DNA of 64,000 bases from Laetmonice hystrix (lineage: Eukaryota). The stretch covers positions 39,558,001 to 39,622,000 of the forward strand of contig OZ249436.1 of NCBI GenBank assembly GCA_965235115.1, read 5' to 3'. Below, piece after piece: positions 39,233 to 52,300 of the stretch. A model generated the notes under the pieces. The model was not told the origin of the DNA. It saw only the letters and a list, made by a program, of their open reading frames with translations, and did no database searches. The position numbers and the translations under genes are program-made. Numbering within the stretch: the stretch's first letter is position 1; each line of letters starts with the position of its first letter.

Positions 39233-39360
39233 GTTGCTTGGCCACTCAGGACAGCCGGTGACTGACATTTACAAGTTCAGTCGTCTTGACGACCCACTTG
39301 ATATACTTGAGCGCACCCTGGTGTGGGGACACATTGCTCCAACAGCACCAGATACATTAG
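39233..39360 (+). CDS. POLD2: POLD2 coding exon 8
   Basis: Acceptor tttgttttaaag|; [42 protein letters not shown] (diagnostic H..PTAPDTL); donor TTAG|GTAAGT. Confidence 0.97.
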
Positions 39361-39388
39361 GTAAGTGGATCTGAGAAATTTGATTTTA

Positions 39389-39782
39389 GGCCAAAATAAA
39401 TAGTTTCGTTTCTTGTCCTTTCATATAAAAAAATTTGGTGCGGTGACGCGGTTTTTTTTTTCATCTTTTTTTTTTTTTTGATGCAACTAGACAACGGCCG
39501 ATTCTTCGAATGCAATTGCTGTTGGGTACATGAAGAAATCTTGAAGAAAAGACTAAATGCACTGATGTTCAATGTTCTCATTAAAGAATGTGTAAAACTC
39601 ACATAAAAAGCAATAAGCAATAATAACAGAAAAACGCCAACGCCAAAGAACCATTGCAACGTTCTGTCACAGTGCTACACTGCCTACCATAAAAAAGTAG
39701 TCAGATTTGAAAAAAAAAGACTTGACGCAGGGTTTTTAGGTGACGCGCGCGGGGACAAGAAATGAATCTTTTTTTGGGGGCC
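39389..39782. mobile_element. Zator- or Harbinger-like MITE (TTA TSD) just downstream of POLD2 exon 8
   Basis: TTA|GGCCAAAATAAATAGTTTCGTTTCTTGTCC ... GGACAAGAAATGAATCTTTTTTTGGGGGCC|TTA. Confidence 0.65.
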
Positions 39783-40042
39783 TTATGCAAAAATTTTAAA
39801 AAAAATCTGGTGCCCTCAAGTATATTTAACTTATGTATAGTAAGCTTGGTAATCTGAATAGATGACGTCTATATCCTTGATTGATCTGTCCATGGTTAGT
39901 TTCCCCTAACTGAGAAGGTGGTTCTAAAAATGGCATTTACTGCTTGAACACATCCACTACTCCCTTAGTGTTCAACTTGACATCAACAAGAAAAACTATT
40001 CTTGCTTATATATAACAGTCCCCACATTAACCCAATTTGTTC

Positions 40043-41496
40043 TGTCAGACTGTATCGGCCTCGTCAGACTATCTGTACCATCAGACTCTATCTGCACCAT
40101 CAGACTGTATCTGCACTGTCAGACTGCACCGTCAGACTATTTGCACCGTCAGACTGTATCAGCACTTTCAGACTGCATCGTCAGACTGTATCTGCACTGT
40201 CAGACTGTATCTACACTGTCAGACTGTATCTGCACTGTCAGACTGTATCTACACTGTCAGACTGTATCTGCACCCTCAGACTGTCTGCACCCTCAGACTC
40301 TCTGCACCGTCAGACTGTGACCTGCACCTTCAGACTGTATCTGCACTGTCAGACTGTATCTGCACTTTCAGACTGCACCATCAGACTGTATCTGCACTGT
40401 AGGACTGTATCTACACTGTCAGACTGTATCTGCACTGTCAGACTGTATCTGCACCGTCAGACTGTATCTACACCGTCAGACTGTATCTGCACCGTCAGAC
40501 TGTATCTGCACTTTCAGACTGTATCTGCACCGTCAGACTATCTGCACAGACTGTATCTGCACTGTCAGACTCTGCACCGTCAGACTGTGACCTGCACCTT
40601 CAGACTGTATCTGCACTGTCAGACTGTATCTGCACTTTCAGACTGCACCACCAGACTGTATCTGCACTGTCAGACTGTATCTGCACCGTCAGACTATCTG
40701 CACAGACTGTATCTGCACTGTCAGACTCTGCACCGTCAGACTGTGACCTGCACCTTCAGACTGTATCTGCACTGTCAGACTGTATCTGCACCGTCAGACT
40801 GTATCTGCACTTTCAGACTGCACCGTCAGACTGTATCTGCACTTTCAGACTATCTGCACCCTCAGACTGTCTGCACCGTCAGACTGTATCTGCACCTTCA
40901 GACTGTATCTGCATCTTCAGACTGTATCTGCACCATCAGACTGTATCTGCACCTTCAGACTGTATCTGCACCGTCAGACTATCTGCACAGACTGTATCTG
41001 CACTGTCAGACTCTGCACCGTCAGACTATATCTGCACTGTCTGGATGTATCTGCACTGTCAGACTGTCTGCACCATAAGACTATCTGCACCATCAGACTG
41101 TATCTGCACTGTCAGACTGTGTGTGCACCATCAGACTCTGCACCGTCAGAGTGTGTCTGCACTGTCAGACTATGCATTGTCAGACTGTATCTCAACTGTC
41201 AGACTGTCTGCATCACCAGACTGTATCTCAACTGTCAGACTGTCTGCAACATCAGACTATCTGCACCGTCAGACTGTATCTGCACTGTCAGACTATCTGC
41301 ACCATCAGCCTAACTGCACCGTCAGACTGTATCTGCGCCGTCAGACTATCTGCACAGCAAGATACTGGCAGACTGTCTGCAACATCAGAAAATCTGCACT
41401 GTCAGACTGTATCTGCACCATCAGCCTAACTGCACCGTCAGACTGGATCTGCGCCATCAGACTATCTGCACTATCAGACTGTATCTGCACCATCAG
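40043..41496. repeat. 19-bp minisatellite with length variants, in POLD2 intron 8
   Basis: Unit GTCAGACTGTATCTGCAC(T/C) with shorter deletion variants; accounts for the repetitive ORFs at 40002-41500. Confidence 0.95.
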
Positions 41497-41662
41497 ATAA
41501 TAAAGATTGTCGAAAGTTGATGGCATTGCAAGAATATTAAAACTGAGGCCGTCAACGTTGTTCTACATCATAATTGCTCATTTTCTAAAGACCATATTTT
41601 ACTGAATATTTAGTTAGATTAGGTTAATAGTTTAAAAACCTCTTCAATTTTTGCATCCACAG

Positions 41663-41764
41663 CATGTTACCCTTTCTACTCTGAAGATCCATTCATCCTC
41701 TCCGAATGTCCACATCTTTACTTCTCTGCCAACCATGATAGTTTCCAGACCAAACTACATGAAG
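41663..41764 (+). CDS. POLD2: POLD2 coding exon 9 (not terminal; ends at a phase-1 donor)
   Basis: Acceptor gcatccacag|; ACYPFYSEDPFILSECPHLYFSANHDSFQTKLHEG (conserved CYPF...DPFI..ECPH.YF); donor GAAG|GTAAGT. Confidence 0.95.
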
Positions 41765-42771
41765 GTAAGTAAAACTCATGCTCCAGAACTCTGCACACAA
41801 CTATTGAAACAACGTAAATTGTTGTCTTCAATCGGGACACGTAAGGCCAAGGAAAGCTAATACACCATGTAGTGGAATTCCTGTCGCTCAACTTTCCATG
41901 TTCTTTATTTTCAATTTTTATGGCTTGTATTTTCAGGTTGTCTACTCAAATATTTGAGTTAAAAACGTAATAAACATTCATAGAATTTCTTTCTTACCTA
42001 CCGACCCTATTTTTTGGCTCATCTGACTGGAATTCAACTATTAATTTATGTTGACCCCAACTTGTAGACCTGTCTGTAAACATTGTGCATTGCTTATTCT
42101 TTATGCAAGGTCCAGCAGCCTAGTATAAAGGATAGGTCCAGGCTAACAGCACTGATATATACATGGTATTTCTGGGGATCAATTCGTTTCTCTAACTCTG
42201 TCTTTAACGACCCCAATCATAGACTGATCCTGCTTAGATGACCTCAGGGCTGCTGGTCAGTAGTATTTACCGAGTCCTTGAGGCAGGCGGACCCGGAGAA
42301 TGCTGGAAACTGACCCTTGGTTCCCCTCTCACTGCAGCAATTGGGCCTCCTGAAAAATACCAATTAGACGCACAGTATATAATTAACAGTCATCAGAGTC
42401 AACCTTAAGTGGTTATTGAGTGACAGTAATCAGATAGTAACCATGGTTGTGGGCAGGTGTACCGATATTCCCAGCATTGTCGACACTTTGTACCTGTAGG
42501 AGCGTGTTACGGTGACCGGCCTATCGGAGAACAATGCTCAATGCAGGCTGTTGAAGATCAACCCTCCACTCATAGGAAATACGCCAAACCATTGTGATTG
42601 ATTTTATTCTCTGAATACCGCCCTTTCCCTTCCCTTATTGGTCGATTCCTCTTCATATTATCATGAATAATGATCATAATATCTAGGCGAATCCTATTAG
42701 AAATTCTCATTGCACGTCAAAATAAATTTCCACAATGGGGAGTACATGCGTTCATACACGTGTATCATTTA

Positions 42772-43188
42772 TAGTGCTGGGACGATTCATCGATACAATT
42801 GTGAATCGCAATATTTTCACTGAACGATACGATTTACGGTTCAAAAGCTGTGAATACGATATGTATCGATATGTTATTATTATTCTTTATTTGTTATCAA
42901 AAAGGCGTTAAAACATGATAAAAAGTGATAAAAATCTAACGAAAGCCGTGGCCCGTGGTGTCATACTGACATTGCGGCCATGTTCTCTATGTATTGCACT
43001 ATTGCTCAATTTACTGGTGCCCCCCTCCAGGGCAAACATCAAAGAGAAAGACAGTGATATGGCATGTTTATTGTTTAATACGTGCACTACTGATCAGTAA
43101 TCAGTTTGACTGGAATTTAGATACGTATCGTGGAGCAAATATTGAGATACGTATCGAATCGTGAACAGAGTGTACTGTCCCAGCCCTA
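42772..43188. mobile_element. 417-bp non-autonomous hAT element
   Basis: TAGTGCTGGGAC ... GTCCCAGCCCTA termini; perfect 8-bp TSD ATCATTTA on both sides; subterminal CGATAC/GTATCG repeats. Confidence 0.9.
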
Positions 43189-46100
43189 ATCATTTAGTCA
43201 TGAATAAAACTAATATACCGGTAGTACAAGTTTGGGAACGTGCAATCTAACAAGTTATTTAGTATGAAGTGCAATATTTGTATAGAATCTTTAAAAAATA
43301 CCTCCACTCGTGGTGTCGAATGTAAAGTTCTAAGGAGGTGAATCGTCAAAAAATATACGATCACTGTAGAACTTTGCGATACTGGCAGTACTGACTTTAC
43401 TGACTGGGTTAAGGGGAACACATACATGAGGGTCAAAAGCTCCATAAAGGAGCCGTCATGTATGAGGTTTTGTCTACTCGCACAGTGAGTTTGAGTTGTC
43501 ACATTTTCTTAATCTTCGGAGATCTACTAAGAGACCAGACCAAGGAATCTCCTCCCTTCAGAGCAGTAAACACAAGCAGTAAAGGTTAGCTTATGGGCCG
43601 ACTCGGTATGATGGAACTTATTCATGAGGCTTTGTCTCTCCCATTGACCACATCCCCCATTGGCAACCTACTCTTGTCTGCTCGATCTAATGCACAGTAT
43701 GGACCTGGAGTAGAGCTGGACACTATTTAAATTTATCAGATTACATTTGGTGCCTTTGTCATGAGGCTACTTCAAGGTCAGCCAGTTTCCCTGATGAGTC
43801 CCCAGATTACCGCAAACCTATGCCAGTCAACCTTTGTTTGCCTGGAGTATATTGAAAAACACAGTTTTCCCCTTATTGTGTGATCAGAAAAAGCTTAATA
43901 ACTCGAGGGTTTTTGGAGTAGTGATATTATTTGTCTATTAAGGAGGTTATGGTCCGTACATCATAGGAAGGATGTTTAATATGTTGGGTTCGGCATGACA
44001 CGTTGTAACCTTCTAGTGACCTTGCAAGTGGTCCTTCAGTGGGGGGCACTTTAGGTAACTTATAAAGGTCAAACTCGCGAACGTCCAACGGATCTTACCC
44101 ATAGATCCGACGTTTTTGTGAAGTTTTACACAAATTATGGTTGGAGAAGTTCTTAAGTTATGTCAGTCAGAAGGTACCAGTCAGAATACGTACCAGTGAA
44201 TGGAACTTTACTGTGCTGCTTATATGCCAGCTCAAACTTAGACACATAGTCTGAAGTTTAACACCTACGTTTGGCCGCCTTTACATTGTTCTGGTTCACC
44301 CACGTAGATCTTCTCTGGCTTTGTCTGGGTCATCTCCTGTGTAATATACCATTCGGAATGCTAACCTGTCTGTAGGCATGGAAAGAAGAGAACTTTTATT
44401 ATGTTTTTCCTTATTCCCGATTTTGAAGTGCTTTTTCCTAAATAAGCAACATGGGTCAAGTTCCTGTCCAAAGTTATTGGAGTTTTCATGAATTGGTTCT
44501 TTTCCTTTTCCAGAGGTGGCATAACTTTTTATCTGTTATGACAGCTGGTTGCCTTGGTGACAATTATAGCCACTTGTTGCAGGAAGTCTGTGACGCCAGT
44601 GCTAGGTTGGTACTGGGTTGGAAGGCAAGACATCAGTCACCGGGGAGGGGTCAGGTGAACTATGTGCAAAGTGCCTGTCTTTTGAGGTGTTTATTGGTAA
44701 AGGTCAGCGTCAAACACGCCGACACTGACTGAGTAGGGGCCAAAGTTGTGCATGAAAAATCCAGGTTCTCCACCATTGGGAACAGGTTACTAGCGTGCAT
44801 GAATGCACAACGAGAGTCGTTGCCTCAGGAATGACGGTCGGTATGCATGCGGGTGTGTTGGACCGGTCGGCCGGGCTGGGTCAGCCCGCCCACTCTGAGC
44901 TCGTGTGATGTCCCAGGCGATGTGACGTTGCTCTGTCGTGCAGCAGAGCTTATTATCATGAGACCATGAATAAGCTAAGTGGCACTGCCTTGTATGTCAT
45001 AATTGAAGAGCTAGCTCTTCTTTTTACACTCATACATTTTATACAGTGCCAGACTGCCTCCTGATACAACCAGCGAACTTTTCCCCACAAACGTCATAGC
45101 TAAAGTGGCACTTTTTATACTCAGATAATGTTGCTTGGAAAGGTCAAATGATATGCTTCTGAAGGAAAAAAAGCAAGGGATAGATCCTTTGGACTCACTG
45201 AAAAATTCGGAACCTCCCACGCGTATAGGGGATAATAGGTCGGTCTTCAATAGTATACTCCAACCAGTGCCATTGTTTTCCTTACCTTGTGGTGATTGCA
45301 ATCGCTGGTCTGTAATTAGGTGTGCTCCAAGCGGGTTATCTACAGGCCTTTGGGTCAGCTAACTTGATCCATTATCCGCCTATGAGATTAGCTACAAATT
45401 CCAGGCAGGATGATCAATTTCTGTTAGCAAAGTGTCATCTCTGTTGATGACCTCCCCTTCATTGCAACATTAATCACCGTAAAGTGTGCCTTCCAAGAGC
45501 CTTGACAACCACCGACCTTCAGCGTGACGCACGGTGGCAATAAGTGTCAAATCCCCTCCTACCATCCCTCAGAAAAATGCCATTGAGGGACTAGTTGAGG
45601 CATTGTGTAGGCAATGCCAGGTTCTGACCTACCGACGCCACCTTTCTCATTAGTTTTGAAAGCAACCCATCAACCAGTACGCCAACCCGAAAATCGGGAT
45701 GAACATTCTGTTGGTACACTCAAGAATTTTATTTGTAATTTCTTGAAAACTCATATGTTCTGGTCGGAAACTTTAGGTAAAGATTTTACTTGTTTTTCTT
45801 ATACGCCAATGATTTATTATGGTTTCAGTCATATCGTTTTGTTTTGGCTCAATGTTCCTTTCAGCCTTGTCATCATTTGAAGCACCAAAGGGTGAACTTT
45901 AAACTTCTTTGCAAAGTGGAACGATTACCGATTTCTGCATAAGCTTGAGCAATAAAGGAAATGAACGATTTCCAAGGGACGGCCCGTCATTGTAGCCGGG
46001 GAGTCGGTCATCCTTTCAACGGTCTGCCCGCTTCCTGGACTCTTGGTGACAGTCAACAGGTATTGTGGAGCAAACAGAGAACCACCTTCGGTCGACCTTG

Positions 46101-48992
46101 CGCAAACGCGTTGCATTAGAATTATGACCGGCCCTGACGGAACGTGGGGATTGTCAGGCGATCACGATCGTGATTGGATAATCTCTCCTCAATGGATTAA
46201 GATGTCCATGCTTTTTTGCCGAGCTGATTTAGCATAATCCCGGTAAGATTTATGCTCACCCCTTGTGTAATGCTGCTCTCATTTCCCGTTGTCATTGAAA
46301 CCGTAATGGCTCCATTGAGTTTAGTCGCTTTAAGCCACCTGGTGCACGGCACCTTCAGAGTTGCCAGGTTCCTGGGGATATGAGGCGGCCTCCGGAGACT
46401 CTAACTCACTGACAACCACCGATTTAGACATCAGTGAAACTTTGCCGCCCCTCTCCGACAGGCCATCGGAGGTTAGTCGAGTTTACGCGCGCCTGACAGT
46501 ATGAAATATAATGTCAGTGTTCTGTTAGGTCGAGGGGTTAAGGGAGCCCCCCCAAAGTAGAGTGGTAACCTTCACACGATTTGGTGTCTCCACTGCTGGT
46601 TGGGATCGAGCTCGCTGACAGCTCGGATTGCTGTCTTGTTTGCCTCGCTGACACAAACGCTGTGAGGGGGAAGGAACAGGGGCGCCCAGTTTGCTGTGCA
46701 CGGACTGAGCCAGCAATCCATTCGATTATGTGGGTTGTTGTTTTGTCAGGACCTGTGCCGACGCCATTAGAATGTGATTAACAGTTTCACAGGTGTGATG
46801 TGTCTTAAATTGGATGTAGTCGGGTGGTACTGATGCCTGCAGTGGCCGTACGTGAGGACCGGGCAGTCGTGACCCTTGCCCGTAACCAAGCGCCTACTTT
46901 GATTGGCGGCCGCCGAGGTAGCGTTGATAGAGCGTGGGTGGGGCTTACCTTGTGGCAGCTATTAGGTTTTTCATAGAGCCGGTAATCACTAGACCAAAGG
47001 CTCAAAGCATTTTGTGGCATTTTGCTAATCAGTTTCAGAACCGATATAGAGGCCTTGAGTGAAGACATTCTCACCAAAAAAATGGCCCACAGCTTAATAT
47101 TTCACATGTATGCATCACTGAGGGAAGTTATATGGTTCGGTTGCATTTTGTGCCCTTTGCATTGTAGGCTACTCGTGAAATTATGTGAAATTCCAGGAGG
47201 GAAAGAAAAATTGAGAGCACATTTTTGGGGCTCCAGACTTGTCCCTAAAACAGTTGTTGGACAAACATCGTGATTACCTGTTGACAGCAACAATACTTTA
47301 TCAGAAAACTTTGGAGCTCTGTTGAACTTGTGACCGCAACGCTGTGACGTGTTCGCCAGTGTTTCCATAGCAACCATAAGCTACGCCCTTACTCCCCCTG
47401 TCGGCTACAATTATTCAGCCGCCACCTACCGGTAGTTGTGTTTTTAACTAGGAAAGACTCATTACGGTCGGTCAAAAAGGCACTGAGTTGATGCTGCATA
47501 ATATTCAAGTTAAAAACAAGGGGTATCCGCATTCTATAAAATACAAGGATGAAGGAAAACCTGATTTAGACATCATGAAACAATCTCTCTACAGTAGCCC
47601 TACTTGATTAGAATATGTAAGTACGGGCCCCGAGAATTTCTTGAGCAGGTCCGTTGTTGGAGAAAAGATTATTCAAAATTTCCAATTGAGGAAAGGTTGC
47701 CCGGAAGTTTTCCAGAACAACACCAGAGGCAAACGTTTCACAATATACAGACCCATTTCTGAATGGATCAACCCAATATAAGTTATATCCTAGCGGCATT
47801 AGAAAGGGATGTAGGTTGTGGCAGGCTTAGAAGGCCGTCAGGATTCACCTGAAAGATGTATGGAGGCAGGGTCAGTCTCCGAGTGGACAGTGCATTCATC
47901 TGAGGGAGCCAGTGGTGGCGGAGGGGTGGTGGGGTTCCCGCCAGTGATGGATAGGATCGACACGCCTAGATCACACCGGCATCAGCGACCGAGGCGCTAA
48001 TTATAAAGGTATCATGCGGCGCACTGCAAAGGGATTACAATAATTGATTCTGGCTGAAATGGCAGTCAAAGTGTCGGATTCATTGGGGCTACTTGAGGCA
48101 GCAGGAAGACATGCTGTCACAGAAAATGCGGCTTTTCGCTGCATCATTATCACATGTTTCTGACTTAGATGGATAATACCGGATAATTACCAATAAACGC
48201 CAGTCCTGCATGCGGGAAAGCACCTTAAACTTTGTGGGGTCTTTGTCGAGGTTTGAAACTTTTTGCCGTTATGTAAAGTGAAATGGCACAATGTGGTCCT
48301 GTTTTGGGGCAGTTCTTTTTATCCCTAAAAAGCTGCAGGCTTTGCTATTGGAGTTCTTGGGATCTATAGTTGTGTTTGGCGATGCAGACCTGGTAAAATA
48401 ACGTCACCGTTGAAGTCAGGTTTATGTGCACCATTGAACGTTTTTCCACTCTTAGCTCTGTAAGAATTGGCAGCCACGTTTATTATCAAACCAAATGAGG
48501 CACCGGCACGATATCGTTAATTTAACATGTGTGAAACAATAAGTGCAACGGAGGTTGCATGTAAATGCAAGCGCTCTCTGTTAACGTCTCCACCACACCA
48601 CACCCCATGAGTGATGCTTCCCATATGTTTTTTTTTCTGGTCCGTGTCCCCAAAGTGCCGTTCAGACTCACACAAAGAGGAAACAACCCATTTGGAGCGA
48701 CTCCTACCAGGGCTGTGGTAGACTGGAGTGTCTCGTGCTGGTATGACACCCCAGATGTCTGTACACTTGGGAAACGTGCAGTTACCATGGCACACATGGC
48801 CGGCGGCATGGATCCATGGGGCGGGGGACGGCGACCGGCCGTGCACGGGCGAGTCGGGAAGTCAGCTAGCGGTGGCGACCGGGGCCATGCGCCAGACCTG
48901 CCGACCACTTCACTCAGCGCCCTCACCGCAATTGTTAGGACATTGCTTATGGATGAACCAATCAATGCAAACAACTTGTCCTATGATGTGAA

Positions 48993-49390
48993 GATGGGTG
49001 GGTGGGTAGGTGGATGGGTGGATGGACGGACGGATGGGTGGATGGATGGGTGGATGGACGGATGGGTCGGTGGATGGATGGATGGGTCGGTGGATGGATG
49101 GATGGTTTTGTAGATGGACGGATGGATGGGTGGGTTGATGGGTGGGTGGATGGATGGATGGGTGGGTGGGTATGTGGATAGATGGGTGGGTTGATGGACG
49201 GATGGGTCGGTGGATGGATGGATGGATGGATGGATGGGTGGGTGGATGGACCGATGGGTGGATGGACCGATGGGTGGATGGATGGATGGGTGGATGGGTA
49301 TGTGGATAGATGGGTGGGTTGATGGACGGATGGGTCGGTGGATGGATGGATGGATGGATGGGTGTGTGGGTGGACGGATGGGTCGGTGGG
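48993..49390. repeat. Degenerate (GGAT/GGGT)n microsatellite
   Basis: Read directly from the sequence; accounts for the MDGW/HPSI ORFs. Confidence 0.95.
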
Positions 49391-52300
49391 TCGCCAGGAC
49401 ATGTCGGAAGTACGCTTTTCAAAACGGAATAGTTACGTGAGTTATGTAACCCCCCCCCCCCCCATGTCTGCCAACCGCTCCCTGAGTTCTGTAACGTAAC
49501 ACCCCCCCACCCCCCACCCCCCTGCATGTCTACCAACCGCCCCCTACGTTCTGTAACACTCCCATCCTTTCTTCCGTCCATCCACTCGCACTTTCATTCT
49601 CTCTCTCTCTCTCTGCCACCTTTATCCCTTCCTTCGTCACGCCAGACAAAAATAGATTGTGGTTGACCTGTGATTCTCTCAGAGTAAAATGCCAGAGGTC
49701 AGAGAATCCAGAGAAAGGCAGATACACATGTACATCAGATTACAGAAATCACATATATGTTGTATGAAGTCCCGACTGTGTGCCGATTACCTCCGTAATC
49801 TACTCAGTGAGAGGAAATTAGAGCCGGCATGTATAATGGACAAAGGCACGAATGTTGTTGGGGGATGGAGGCGGCTTTGGGGAAGAATTCCGGGCGCGCT
49901 GACTGGTCCGGCCCGTAGCCCTGGCACTCATCGAGTAGTGGGTCAGTCGGTTTTTAATTTCATGATTCTTTACTGCTAGCACTGATGTTAATTTGGTTTA
50001 GGTGTCGTTTCTGTCATTTATCAAGATCAATTATTAGTAAGCTAGTATGAAAAAGGGCCCATTTGCCCAAGGGTGTGTGCTTCAACTCGAAGTCATAGCA
50101 ACAAAGGATGGAAATTGTGGTTGGGTCATTTGTTTAAAAGAGATTACTTAATGATACAGGAATTGTTCCCTGGAGGGCAGGCCATGTTCACGATCACTAA
50201 GAGGAAGAGATAGTTAATTAGTACATCTCCAACTAATCATAAATTACAGTCCCACGTGGCTGAATTATGTCAATGGAAGATTTTTTTTTAGGTCGAAATA
50301 TTATCTATTTACCAGCAACATTTGGAACCGTGACATATACTATATATAGTCAGTGGCTATGAAATGTTATATATTTAAGACAATTCCGCAGGAGTGGTCT
50401 AAAAATGGTACAAACAAGCTCCTTAGGATGTGTTTGTGGAAGATTTACGTCAGAGGGCGATATTCAGGTGTGTTTCCCTACAGCAAGGACACCAGATCAA
50501 ACGCCAGGTGTAAGGGCCGGGTGTAAGGTGCCCGCATTTTCTCGGAGGCGTCGGTACTCGCGTAAAGTGACGAATCTCTCGTCATCACCGAACCCTGGCC
50601 CGGTTGAAAGGAGGACGAAGAAATGACGTTGTCGGTGTCATTGTTGGCAGAAGGAAAGGATTATGGGCGCAGGGATTAATCTATGGGGGAGACCTAGAAC
50701 AGGTCTAATTTGAAAGGGTTCATTTCCTCTGTTTTCAGTTTCGAACGTAATGATTTACGCGCCATCTAGCGACACTGAGAGCTACCCCTTGAATGGCCCT
50801 AATTCTAGTGTTTAAAGCGCGCCCAACAGTAGTGCCAGTTCCCATCAAGGACCAACCCAAGATAATTGAGATTAAACAATGACTTTCTCCTTTCCTTCCC
50901 TTCTACCGCCTGTCACGAGCCGCCCTCAGACAAGCCTTGATGTGCGCAGTGCAGACGGTTCAGGGAGAGTTCGTAGGCAGATGTAGAAACACATCGGTGC
51001 CGCACAATAACAACTTCCCAGTTTTGTCATAACTATATCCGGCTGTTACCTTTAAATAGATGCGCTGACCTGCGGGTCCCAGACCGAGGCTGATTATGAA
51101 GACTGTGGAGAGACAGATCTGTGTTTTGTCCCAGGGTCGGAATATTACGGTGAGGGACTCAACCATTGAAAGGTGCGCGGCATAATGACATAAGGACTCT
51201 ACGGCAATTTCTGTTGCCGCAAGTGACGGGAAGAAAAGCTTTTAGCTGTGTGAAAGAAGAAGTGTGTGATTGTCAGCGTTATTGTCAGTATAACTATGAA
51301 TTTAACCGGGTATGGGATTAATTCCTCTAACGAACAGGGTGGAAAAAATGCGAGCAAAAAGATTTTTTCAGGCAAGAACGACAAATTAGATTTCCATCAG
51401 CTAAGTGCATATTATCAAACGAGATTAAGACTTTGATATCGAATAAATTTAAAGTTAGTTATGATTTATTTTTGTTGTCAACCCCCCCCCCCCCCCTCCC
51501 AAAGAAAGTGTATGAATAAGGTGTAAAATAAGAACTAAGAATAATTCCTTTATAGTCACCCCCACATCTGTATCTGTTATAGTTTCTTCTGTACAGAACA
51601 TAGTGTTATTTGCAGGTGTTGCACACAGTAACAAACCAGGTTACAAACAGTGGGGAATCAGCACAACCAGGTTTAATACAAGCACGTCCGTCCGCAGTGC
51701 ACAAAATTAGCCAAAGACATGTAAGGTTTCCAATTGGAAGTCTTCATGATGACCGACAAATGAGGCAGAAGTTTGGCTAACCGGTTGGATGAGAGCCAAT
51801 TGGCCAGCTTGCTTCTGGGCTTATACGTGCCACTCAGGTGATAGCAACAGCCCTCACCAACCCTGATGTTGGCCCCAGGGACAGGCGCACAGCTTTACCT
51901 TAGAGGTCTCGGTCGTGGAGTATTTCCAATTTTCGAAATTTAAACAGCTTTTGCCGCCCAAGAAACTTTGGAGGAACCTTATGAGCACTATAATAGTTGC
52001 ACTGAAGTTTTAGCAAGGTGTAGAGAATAAAATTGTATCGCGAAAATCTGTGTGGGGAACGAAAGAAAAATATTCTTTCTGAGGATTGTCATTTTTCTTT
52101 GATGCCCACCGAGCTAAGGGACAGATATCTGTTTAAAATTGAACAGGAATAACGAATATTTCAGACAGGTTGTAATTGGATGAGATGGCTTTGAAACAGG
52201 TCCTGTCAGTTGGTTCCTCTGAGTAAATCGGTGGAGATATTTCCAACCGTCAGATTACATATTAAATTATGACTGGTCCTAAATGAAAACGTGAGAGGGA

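Noticed and set aside
40002..41500. Cys/His-rich ORFs that look zinc-finger-like
   Set aside because: Translation of a 19-bp minisatellite inside POLD2 intron 8; no C2H2 spacing.
48565..49581. 182-aa and 223-aa ORFs
   Set aside because: Their length comes from the (GGAT)n microsatellite; no recognisable domain.
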